A stretch of DNA of 64,000 nt from Mizuhopecten yessoensis. Lineage: Eukaryota. The notes under the pieces were generated by a model. That model had not been told where the DNA came from. It saw nothing but the letters and a program-made list of their open reading frames with translations, and did not search any database. The DNA is taken from contig NW_018406801.1 of the NCBI RefSeq assembly GCF_002113885.1, positions 13,241 through 77,240 on the forward strand, read 5' to 3'. This document shows positions 10,550-22,500 of the stretch, piece by piece (the first letter of the stretch is position 1; the number at the start of each line of letters is the position of its first letter). The position numbers and the translations under genes were made by a program.

Positions 10550-13500
10550 GTAAAGCCGCCTTCCTCTGACATTTGTAGTTCGACGTCGCTGAACCGGCAA
10601 ATTATCAATATATGCGTATGACACGTTGCTGCAATCGCATTCTTATATATAAAGAAGACACATTAGTGTTCAATAGTTCCGAAGTATATGTCGAAGATGT
10701 TTATTTACAATTGCATGTCATGGCGATAGCAAAAAAATGCATTTTTACACTTGGCAACCAAAATGTTTAGAGCCTAGAGGAACATTTGACACGTTGACAG
10801 GGTGTTGTTCACAACATTTATAAGAATATCGAGTATATGAATATTACAACATTATTACAGAAGCAATATTCGATTTCATGAATTCATACCCTGACCGACC
10901 GTCTGCATTAAGTTGAGGCCTGATAATGACATTACCACCAGGTTAGAATATCCCCCCTGCCACCAGGTTAGAATAACTCCTACACTCCACTTCCACTCAT
11001 TTGTAGTTATCTACAGTAAAGTCGATCGAAATAGGCAGTCTTAGAATTTTACACACCATAGACAAAGAAGCTATGTTATACAGAACCTACCAACTGAAAT
11101 GTTCACAGATCACAACTTGACCAACAATACTCAATATTAGTGTTTGATATCATGAGAGTAAGATATCTAATTTAATGTACATGTAATGTAGCAGAACTGG
11201 CCTGGGTTGATCGTCGGCGACCAGGTAGCTCAATTGGTGGAGCATATGTCTAGAGTTGGGAAGGTCCTGGTTAATTGGCCGTGCATTTTTCCTCTCCTGT
11301 TATATTAGTGGTGCCTGTCACCATCGCTTCAAGCATTTGGTGTATGCTTGAAAGGGGATGCCCGACCTGGTTGTGAATGGTTGTTTTTGGGGTAAAGACT
11401 TGCAAAACGGAGGGAGTGGTAAAGACTTGCAAAACGGAGGGAGTAATATAGCGAAACTGGGTGGTTGGCAACCAGGTAGCTCGATTGGTAGAGCGTCCCT
11501 CTAAGAGTTCAGAATGTCCTGGGTTTGAACCCTGGTCTGGCTGTGCATTTTCCCTCTCGTGTTACAGTTCAATAAAAAAAATAGGAAGGTAATTTTACGA
11601 AACACTTTCCGCAGTACAACACTGGAAACATGCATACCAAAGGAAATTACATCACAGACATCTTGGTCAATGATGTAAAACTTAACTGTAAGATGTTATG
11701 ATATGACAATTTCTATATCCTTAGAGCTACCACAAAGTATAGCATGTCTTGTCCCAATATGATAATGGCACATAAAAGACATATGGGTTGGATAAAGATC
11801 GGTCAGGCATGAGGTCTATGAAAAGCTAGCAGTATCGCACATGCAAAATATCCCATGTCATGGACAAGTATGGATAAATATCTTATAGAAATATACACAA
11901 CAGAATGATGTCTGCAAATAAACCAAGAAGTAAAGGAAAAGTAGTAAAGATTTCATGTAGTCAATATGAAAATTCCTTCATAACACTTGTTTAAAAAGAG
12001 AAATGATCAATTCCTGCCCCATGTATGGATGAAAAAAATACAAATATATCTCTACGATGCACAAGAATTATCATTTCAACCAACTTTCATGAGTAGAGGG
12101 CATTCATTGTTTCCTTTTTGCTGTTTCTAGAGACTAGTAACTTCGTTGGTAAATGGGTTTTATAAATAGAGGTTCTTCAATGAATGATGGTTGGTTATCA
12201 TGTTTATCTAATTGGATGGAGTTTGTTACTATATATATGAATTGTATAAAGACACCATGCAGGTTTATCAAGTGTCTTTTACAATTTGAAAATTAACTAA
12301 TGAGAGTCGAGATAAACTTAATAATCAACAATCGCAAGTTTAGGGGCCTTTTTCTTCCACAACGTTCAAATATTATATCTAGAAATCCATATGTTTCTCT
12401 TTGGTATAGTAACTGCTGTTTTCAATCGTAATTTATCCAATGAGTCTGGAGTAATGGTATAGTAACTGCTGTTTTCAATCGTAATTTATCCAATGAGTCT
12501 GGAGTAAGGAAACCTTAAGTGGTTGTTATATAGAGAAAGGTGATTCCTCCATTCTCATCATTTGTGAATGTGTTGTGGTATGTGCATGGAAGTCTGGAGA
12601 TACTNGTTAAACCACTAACTTGTGTATATTACGCAAACTTGCCTATTATACGCCAATTGGTGTATGGATTTGTTACTAAAAACAGCCAAAATCACTAGAA
12701 TCTTAACCCTTAGGCTGCTACGCGCCACAATAGTGGTTTCGAAAAGTCGGGCCGTCAGTGCTACGCACCACACTAGTGGTGCATGGTCTGTAGGTTTTTG
12801 ATCAGTAAACAGGAAGTGTGAAAGCGGACTGTTGCTATACCAAACCCGGAAGCGTATAGTAGAAGGCTTCTGATTGGTTGTTTTGTCATTACTTTCGATA
12901 TTCCCGGCAATGTACCCTAGTAATAATCAAAGTGTGCGAGAGTATTTCAAATCGGAAAAAAAGTCATAAAAATGGCAAACGTGTAGATTGAAGTGATGAA
13001 TATGATGGTAAACATTTATTCTCCAGCATCACCTACGATGATAATAAAGGTTTTAAAGGGTTTGACATGGTTGATGTGGAAATACTTTGGTGTAACATAA
13101 TATGTAACTTTCCAAAGAACGGCTTTGTGCCCTATGCAAACATGAAAATATCAGCGGACCTAGGCGCACATGTCGTCTGCAGGTGAGGCCGAATTGAACA
13201 TTGACATTGATACGTTTTGAGCCGATTGATTTCTTCAAACTATATATCGATGATTTAATCATAAACTAGACCGTAGCTAAAATATATCTATATGCCGACT
13301 GTGACAATAAACATAATGAATGAGGACCTGAAACCGGTAGCAAATCGCATGCAGTTCTTGATGAAATACCTGACCTTTTTACCTGAGAATCTCTGTGTAA
13401 ATGTACAGCGTCTTATGTCATAAATGATGTTTATAATCTCTGTTATCATTTTCCAATCACATTTGCTGACAAAAACAATTTTAAAATGATCTTTCTGGTG

Positions 13501-16500
13501 CTTAAATCTGATTAATTAAAAGTTTCACCTTTTCTTACCTTTATTACCACCTGTACAGGTAAATACTGAAGCAACTTTAGAATCGAAAACGTTAATATAA
13601 ACTAGAGACATTAACGAACAATTTTCCTATAACTTTTATTCACATATAACAAATATTTTTCAAGTTATGCGCATTTGAAAAATTAAGTAAATTAATTTAT
13701 ATTTCAATAATTAATTCAGCAGTGGCGTCCCTTTACATAGAAATCAATGTAGCAGCCTAAGGGTTAACTTTTTCAAATTGTTTGTCCAAGTCTCATTTAT
13801 TTAGTCATGAAACATCATACAATTTATGCAAATATAAAATTTATTTCCATGTAAGAAAGTACCAAAAAATGCAATACTTCCGCTAGAGTTACATAAAGTT
13901 TGTATGTAGCTTACGCTTTCAGTTAAACATCTTTTAGCAAAATATTGTTTACCTTGTCGTAAATAAATGCGATTTTTAATAATATATTGCAAAAGTTACT
14001 GTTGAAGCGATTTGGGTTATTTTTGGTAACAAATCCATACTCCAACTGGCGTATAATAGGCGAGTTTGCGTATTATACGCAAGTTGGTAGTTTTCCCCAA
14101 CCTGATAATTGAGCTGCGTAATTTTTAAAGTAAAACAAATATCTTGTGTTTAGCCTTCACTATCTTCAAATATCATGGATGATTTGAATATATTGTATTT
14201 CATTAAGCAGTATGATTATACTAAAATATTCGGAGGGAAACAATAATATATTTCTCTGTAGCTTAATAAATTTACATATGTAGACTACTGTATTCATTTC
14301 AGGTGACATGAAGAAGACCGAGTACTGCTCTGTTACGCTGACTGAAGAGAAATACCAGGCTTTTGTTTATGCTGTCAAAAACCACTATTGGTATCAGATG
14401 TACATTGATGATCTGCCTATATGGGGTAAAAGATATATTTATATTGATACCTTTCATATTGTTTTTCTTGCGCTAGGGATCATTTGGGGTCGGAAAAATG
14501 GTGAGCCAATGTAGGATGGATAAGCAAACAAACATTGTTGTTTGTTTCTGAAAATCGATTAATTTATCCTTGTTTTCCATGATCGATCATGGTTTGACTA
14601 ATTTAAATATTAACAAAAAATAAACTCGGATACTGTTATTACCGCCGACAGCGAGTTGTTTGTTCTTGGGCAAAACAACTTGACTGAACGTCTTGCACAA
14701 CAACGACACTGATAGGCTAGTCGGTCCACCCGACACCCAATCAGAACTTGTTTCAATAGAAATGCTACATGGCTCAGTCAGTGCGTGACAATATGGCAAA
14801 CCAGGACATTCCGGAGATTAAACTCTATGATCATCCGGGGGCTACTGATTTAAACGTTTGGAAGGTATTGTTTGTCCTTAGCTGGATATAAATAAAACGT
14901 TTTGTCGAAAGTGTGGGCTATCTTACAAATAAAGTGTTACGTTTGACGGGGTGTCATCAGGTGAATACCAATCCATAACATTTCTGAATACGAGATGCAG
15001 CTCTCACAGCATATTAACTGGCATTGCAAACATCATAAATTTCATTTCCAAATACATATTTTCCAATAATTATAAGGTTCTGTCAACAAACTTATTGTTT
15101 TTTGTATGAATGTTGTGTGTTATTAGCGAAATTCTCTAGCGTCGGCATTTTCACGTTAACGAAAGTAAAAGTAGATTTCGGAAAGTGAATATAACCTTAA
15201 ATTTCTGAATTTAAGTTCAATTTGATTGATCATTAGTCGATCATCAATCACTTGATTGGATGTGATGATCGAGTATGAATTCAACATTAACGATGCGTCT
15301 TGATGAAGGTGTTTGTCCCACTCACATTTTTCTGGTGCTTGATGCCCTTATAATGGCTAAGTGGAAGGTCGTATTTAGTATTTCTGTAATAGTATTCTGT
15401 TGTTACTATGATCTGTATTTTATATACACAAGAAAATTTCGATAATGCTCAACCTGTATGTTAAAATATATGCAGATATATATGTTGTACATTGTTGATG
15501 TTGGTCTCTTCTTACAGGAATTGTAGGAGAAATAGATGAAGGAGGTGACGGCTTCTATATCTGGACACACAAAAAGTTTGATATGGGTCAAAACAATCAT
15601 CAAATTGTTGATGTCAATCTCACAAGTGAAGCAAAGAAAAAACTTGTACCAAATGAGAAAATATCTTTTAGCTATGAGGTAAATATGTTGTTTCGATACA
15701 AATCTGGGTCAAGTTTGATCTTTCGTAGGTAAATGACAATAGCTGTGATGATTTTACATTTGAACCCTGATCTTGAAATTCTAATTTTCAAACTTGCAGG
15801 TCAGTTGATACAACTTTGATATCAGACCAACAAACTTTTACTTAGTAGTTCTATTGTAAACAATGTTTAAACGAAGTGTGGTCATTTTCATAACAATTTG
15901 ATAAACAGTCGGTCATTATTATAAAACTTCAGATTCTAACATGCAAACTCAGTATTTATTCTTTAATAGACGATGTAGAAGAAGGGATATTGCTGTGATG
16001 ATTTACATTTGAACCCTGATTTCTGATAAACAATGAATTCAGATCAATGACTGAGCATTTTGTCGATTACCATGTTTAATCTAAATGATGCTATATGTCA
16101 TAGTTATATAACAAGTTTGATATGATACAGAATGGGGTTGTTAATGGTGACATTTAATTGACTGCCATTTTATATCTGTGAATATACAGAAAATATTATA
16201 ATGTTTTTTCTAAATTTTGTTTAAAGAAAGCTAAAACTAACTAGGTTTGTTTCCTTATCCATGAAAACCAAACTAGTTTTAGGCTAAACCTATCTAGTGT
16301 GAATTTGGAGATGTCTTTAGTTTGATGTCAGACTAACAAACTTTTAATAAGTACAACTAGTTTTAAGGATGAGTTACTTTAGAATTTTTACAACATTTGC
16401 ACTAAATATGAGTCAATCACAAGGCAAACATTCTATAAGTCCAACAACATTCACCAGCATAGAAATCACACGGTCCCAGTAAAACACACAACTCTTAGCA

Positions 16501-19500
16501 TACAAGATTTACACAATTTGCTCAGATGTTATAATCCTGCTGTACTTTATTTATTTAAATTTAGCCAAAAAAAAGGAAAATTACATATTGTTTTTAATTT
16601 GGAATCATCAAAGTTGAATGTTTGGATTTTGTATGTCATGAAATGGCTCTTGCTATGATGATATTTTTGAACCCTTCTTTCTGACTTATACAATGAATTG
16701 AGATTCTTAGCTGAGCTTGGCCATTTTCAAAACAAGAAAATACAATTGCTAGAACTAAAGCTACATGGATAAAAAGCTGTAGGTGAATTAACAGTTCTTG
16801 CAGGAAGTTTACCAAAAACAAGCTGCTTTTGAATTTCTCAAGTGTATGCTGTAGGTTGTAAAGCCATTCTGTCGGGCCCAAAATTAAACATTGTTTGCCT
16901 AAAACTTGAATCATTGGAATTATGAATTTCCAAACATTTTACTAGGAAATGACTGGTAATTAACATATTAGCCCTGAGGTCTGACAAATCCTCAACTGAT
17001 CTTGAAATTCTAATTTTCAAACTTGCAGGTCAATTGATACAACTTTGATATCAGACCAACAAACTTTTACTTAGTAGTTCTATTGTAAACAATGTTTAAA
17101 CGAAGTGTGGTCATTTTCATAACAATTTGATAAACAGTCGGTCATTATTATAAAACTTCAGATTCTAACATGAAAACTCAGTATTTGTTCTTTAATAGAC
17201 GATGTAGAAGAAGGGATATTGCTGTGATGATTTACATTTGAACCCTGATTTCTGATAAACAATGAATTCAGATCAATGACTGAGCATTTTGTCGATTACC
17301 ATGTTTAATCTAAATGATGCTATATGTCATAGTTATATAACAAGTTTGATATGATACAGAATGGGTTGTTAATGGTGACATTTAATTGACTGCCATTTTA
17401 TATCTGTGGATAGACAGAAAATATTATAATGTTTTTTCTAAATTTTGTTTAAAGGAAGCTAAAAACTAAATAGGTTTGTTTCCTTATCCGTGAAAACCAA
17501 ACTAGTTTTAGGCTAAACCTATCTAGTGTGAATTTGGAGATATCTTTAGTTTGATGTCAGACTAACAAACTTTTAATAAGTACTACTAGTTTTAGGATGA
17601 GTTACTTTAGAATTTTTACAACATTTGCACTAAATATGAGTCAATCACAAGGCAAACATTCTGTAAGTCCAACAACATTCACCAGCAGTTGCTCTGTTTT
17701 TGCAATGAACTTGATAAACTAAAAAGTTGTAATTAAACAATGTGTTAAAGGGACACATAGAGTTGCTCTGCTGAAACTGCATAGAAATCACATGGTCCCA
17801 GTAAAGCACACAACTCTTAGCATACAAGATTTACACAATTGGCTCAGATGTTATAATCCTGCTGTACCCTATTTATTTGAATTTAGCCCAAAAAAAATGA
17901 ACATTTTTGTATTTAATTTGGAATCATCAAAGTTGAATGTTTGGATTTTGTGTCATGAAATGGCATTTGCTATGATGATATTTTGAACCCTTCTTTCTGA
18001 CTTATACAATGAATTGAGATTCTTAGCTGAGCTTGGCCATTTTCAAAACAAGAAAATACAATTGCTAGAACTAAAGCTACATGGATAAAAAGCTGTAGGT
18101 GAATTAACAGTTCTTGCAGGAAGTTTACCAAAAACAAGCTGCTTTTGAATTTCTCAAGTGTATGCTGTAGGTTGTAAAGCTTTCTGTCAGGCCCAAAATT
18201 AAACATTAATTGTTTGCCTAAACTTTAATCATTGGAATTATGAATTTCCAAACATTTTACTAGGAAATGACTGGTAATTAACATATTAGCCCTGAGGTCT
18301 GACAAATCCTCAACTGATCTTGAAATTCTAATTTTCAAACTTGCAGGTCAATTGATACAACTTTGATATCAGACCAACAAACTATTACTTAGTAGTTCTA
18401 TTGTAAACAATGTTTAAACGAAGTGTGGTCATTTTCATAACAATTTGATAAACAGTCGGTCATTATTATAAAACTTCAGATTCTAACATGAAAACTCAGT
18501 ATTTGTTCTTTAATAGACGATGTAGAAGAAGGGATATTGCTGTGATGATTTACATTTGAACCCTGATTTCTGATAAACAATGAATTCAGATCAATGACTG
18601 AGCATTTTGTCGATTACCATGTTTAATCTAAATGATGCTATATGTCATAGTTATATAACAAGTTTGATATGATACAGAATGGGTTGTTAATGGTGACATT
18701 TAATTGACTGCCATTTTATATCTGTGGATAGACAGAAAATATTATAATGTTTTTTCTAAATTTTGTTTAAAGGAAGCTAAAAACTAAATAGGTTTGTTTC
18801 CTTATCCGTGAAAACCAAACTAGTTTTAGGCTAAACCTATCTAGTGTGAATTTGGAGATATCTTTAGTTTGATGTCAGACTAACAAACTTTTAATAAGTA
18901 CTACTAGTTTTAGGATGAGTTACTTTAGAATTTTTACAACATTTGCACTAAATATGAGTCAATCACAAGGCAAACATTCTGTAAGTCCAACAACATTCAC
19001 CAGCAGTTGCTCTGTTTTTGCAATGAACTTGATAAACTAAAAAGTTGTAATTAAACAATGTGTTAAAGGGACACATAGAGTTGCTCTGCTGAAACTGCAT
19101 AGAAATCACATGGTCCCAGTAAAGCACACAACTCTTAGCATACAAGATTTACACAATTGGCTCAGATGTTATAATCCTGCTGTACCCTATTTATTTGAAT
19201 TTAGCCCAAAAAAAATGAACATTTTTGTATTTAATTTGGAATCATCAAAGTTGAATGTTTGGATTTTGTGTCATGAAATGGCATTTGCTATGATGATATT
19301 TTGAACCCTTCTTTCTGACTTATACAATGAATTGAGATTCTTAGCTGAGCTTGGCCATTTTCAAAACAAGAAAATACAATTGCTAGAACTAAAGCTACAT
19401 GGATAAAAAGCTGTAGGTGAATTAACAGTTCTTGCAGGAAGTTTACCAAAAACAAGCTGCTTTTGAATTTCTCAAGTGTATGCTGTAGGTTGTAAAGCTT

Positions 19501-22500
19501 TCTGTCAGGCCCAAAATTAAACATTAATTGTTTGCCTAAACTTTAATCATTGGAATTATGAATTTCCAAACATTTTACTAGGAAATGACTGGTAATTAAC
19601 ATATTAGCCCTGAGGTCTGACAAATCCTCAACTGATCTTGAAATTCTAATTTTCAAACTTGCAGGTCAATTGATACAACTTTGATATCAGACCAACAAAC
19701 TATTACTTAGTAGTTCTATTGTAAACAATGTTTAAACGAAGTGTGGTCATTTTCATAACAATTTGATAAACAGTCGGTCATTATTATAAAACTTCAGATT
19801 CTAACATGAAAACTCAGTATTTGTTCTTTAATAGACGATGTAGAAGAAGGGATATTGCTGTGATGATTTACATTTGAACCCTGATTTCTGATAAACAATG
19901 AATTCAGATCAATGACTGAGCATTTTGTCGATTACCATGTTTAATCTAAATGATGCTATATGTCATAGTTATATAACAAGTTTGATATGATACAGAATGG
20001 GTTGTTAATGGTGACATTTAATTGACTGCCATTTTATATCTGTGGATAGACAGAAAATATTATAATGTTTTTTCTAAATTTTGTTTAAAGGAAGCTAAAA
20101 ACTAAATAGGTTTGTTTCCTTATCCGTGAAAACCAAACTAGTTTTAGGCTAAACCTATCTAGTGTGAATTTGGAGATATCTTTAGTTTGATGTCAGACTA
20201 ACAAACTTTTAATAAGTACTACTAGTTTTAGGATGAGTTACTTTAGAATTTTTACAACATTTGCACTAAATATGAGTCAATCACAAGGCAAACATTCTGT
20301 AAGTCCAACAACATTCACCAGCAGTTGCTCTGTTTTTGCAATGAACTTGATAAACTAAAAAGTTGTAATTAAACAATGTGTTAAAGGGACACATAGAGTT
20401 GCTCTGCTGAAACTGCATAGAAATCACATGGTCCCAGTAAAGCACACAACTCTTAGCATACAAGATTTACACAATTGGCTCAGATGTTATAATCCTGCTG
20501 TACTTAATTTATTTGAATTTAGCCAAAAAAAAATGAAGAATAACATTTTGCATTTAATTTGGAATCATCAAAGTTGAATGTTTGGATTTTGTGTCATGAA
20601 ATGGCTTTAGCTATGATGATATTTTTGAACCCTTCTTTCTGACATATACAATGAATTGAGATTCTTAGCTGAGCTTGGCCATTTTCAAAACAAAAAAAAT
20701 ACAATTGCTAGAACTAAAGCTACATGGATAAAAAGCTGTAGGTGAATTAACAGTTCTTGCAGGAAGTTTACCAAAAACAAGCTGCTTTTGAATTTCTCAA
20801 GTGTATGCTGTAGGTTGTAAAGCATTCTGTTGGGCCCAAAATTAAACATTAATTATTGTTTGCCTAAGCGTGAATCATTGGAATTATGAATTTCCAAACA
20901 TTTTACTAGGAAATGACTGGTAATTAACATATAAGCCCCGAGGTCTGACAAATCCTCAACTGATCTTGAAATTTTAATTTTCAAACTTGCAGGTCAATTG
21001 ATACAACTTTGATATCAGACCAACAAACTATTACTTTATAGTAGTTCTATTGTAAACAGTGGTTAAACTAAGTGTAGTCATTTTCATAACAATTTGATAA
21101 ACAGTCGGTCATTATTATAAAACTTCAGATTCTAACATGAAAACTCAGTATTTGTTCTTTAATAGACGATGTAGAAGAAGGGATATTGCTGTGATGATTT
21201 ACATTTGAACCCTGATTTCTGATAAACAATGAATTCAGATCAAAGACTGAGCATTTCATATTTCAAACTTGAATCTCTCTTTTCTCATCAACTTTGCAAT
21301 CTTGATTTTGTTACCAAAATTTACAATGAAACTATCTGCTTTTGACTTTTAGGTGAAATGGCATGATTCCAGTATCAAATTTGTTGACAGGTTTGACAAA
21401 TATTTGGATCCAAACTTCTTCCAACACAGAGTAAGTACAAAATCAAACGGTATCGAGCAGTAACTCGGTGAACTGTTACATACTCCCGGCTGTGAAATCG
21501 CCCTTGTACACTATATGTATCCTAACATATTGCAGTACAGCACTGTATCAGTATCACACTATGTATTCAATTGTTAAACATATTGTGAAGAATAAACATA
21601 GAAAACAATTGCTGTATGGTTTTGTCCAACTGTATAAAGAGACTACATATATAAGTGTCTTGTTATGACAATGGATTGTAATCCAGCACATTGAACTTTA
21701 ATAGGCTTACAGCAGATCTATTTATAACTAAGCTATCTTACAATTCATAGGCAAATTTTCAATATAGTATTACTCGAGACAAGCATGACCTCAATTTCAT
21801 CTTACAATTTTTACATATTTGTAATATTCATTGGTATTTTACATCTGGTTATATTGCTAAACCAATGTTTCAATCAAATTGTTCAATTAAAAAAATATTC
21901 TACTGCTAATAAATGTGTTATCTTTACATAATCTTGTCGCTTCAACCTTGTTACTGACTACGCTAGGGCATGTTTAATTTTTAGTTCAGTAAAATTTGCA
22001 GAGCACTGGACTAGTAATTTCCATATCAAGGTCTGATGCTTCCTCCAGCAGAGGCATTTCTCTGTAACATCTTGAAAAGAACACTTGTTTCACTTGATTC
22101 GTTTTAATTCCACTGGTTCGTTTTTATAGATCCACTGGTTCAGTATCTTCAATTCCTTTATGATGGTCATCTTTTTGGTGGGGTTGGTCAGCATGATCCT
22201 GATGAGGACCTTGAGGAAAGATTACGCACGCTACAGCAAGGAAGAGGACTTGGATGATATGGTATGTGTGATTACTTTTGGTCAAGTCAGTCGCAATTGT
22301 ACAATCCAAAAAAGGGGCCGAGGTGGCCAAGTGGTTAAGGCGTCTGACATTCTTCTACCACTAGCACTCCACCACTGGGTCGGAGTTCGAGGCCTACGTG
22401 GGGCAGTCGCCAGGTACTGGACGTAGGTCGGTGTTTTTTCTCCAGGAACTCTTGACTTTCCTTCACCACCAAAACCTGGCACGTCCTCAAATGACCATAG

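Noticed and set aside
11055-11120. [11 protein letters not shown] as the missing TM9SF3 exon 2
   Set aside because: Only a DKE coincidence; lacks WMNTVGPY and reaches a stop.
11218-11540. Two functional tRNA genes
   Set aside because: Anticodon arms are broken and the first copy lacks an intact T-arm; better explained as the LTRs of one mini-retroelement. The tRNA-like head at 22314 likewise belongs to a SINE.
15800-15830. Start of the macro-repeat unit as a decayed copy of TM9SF3 exon 5 (VS*YNFDIR vs VKWHDSSIK)
   Set aside because: Similarity is too low and does not extend to the conserved DRFDKYLD block.
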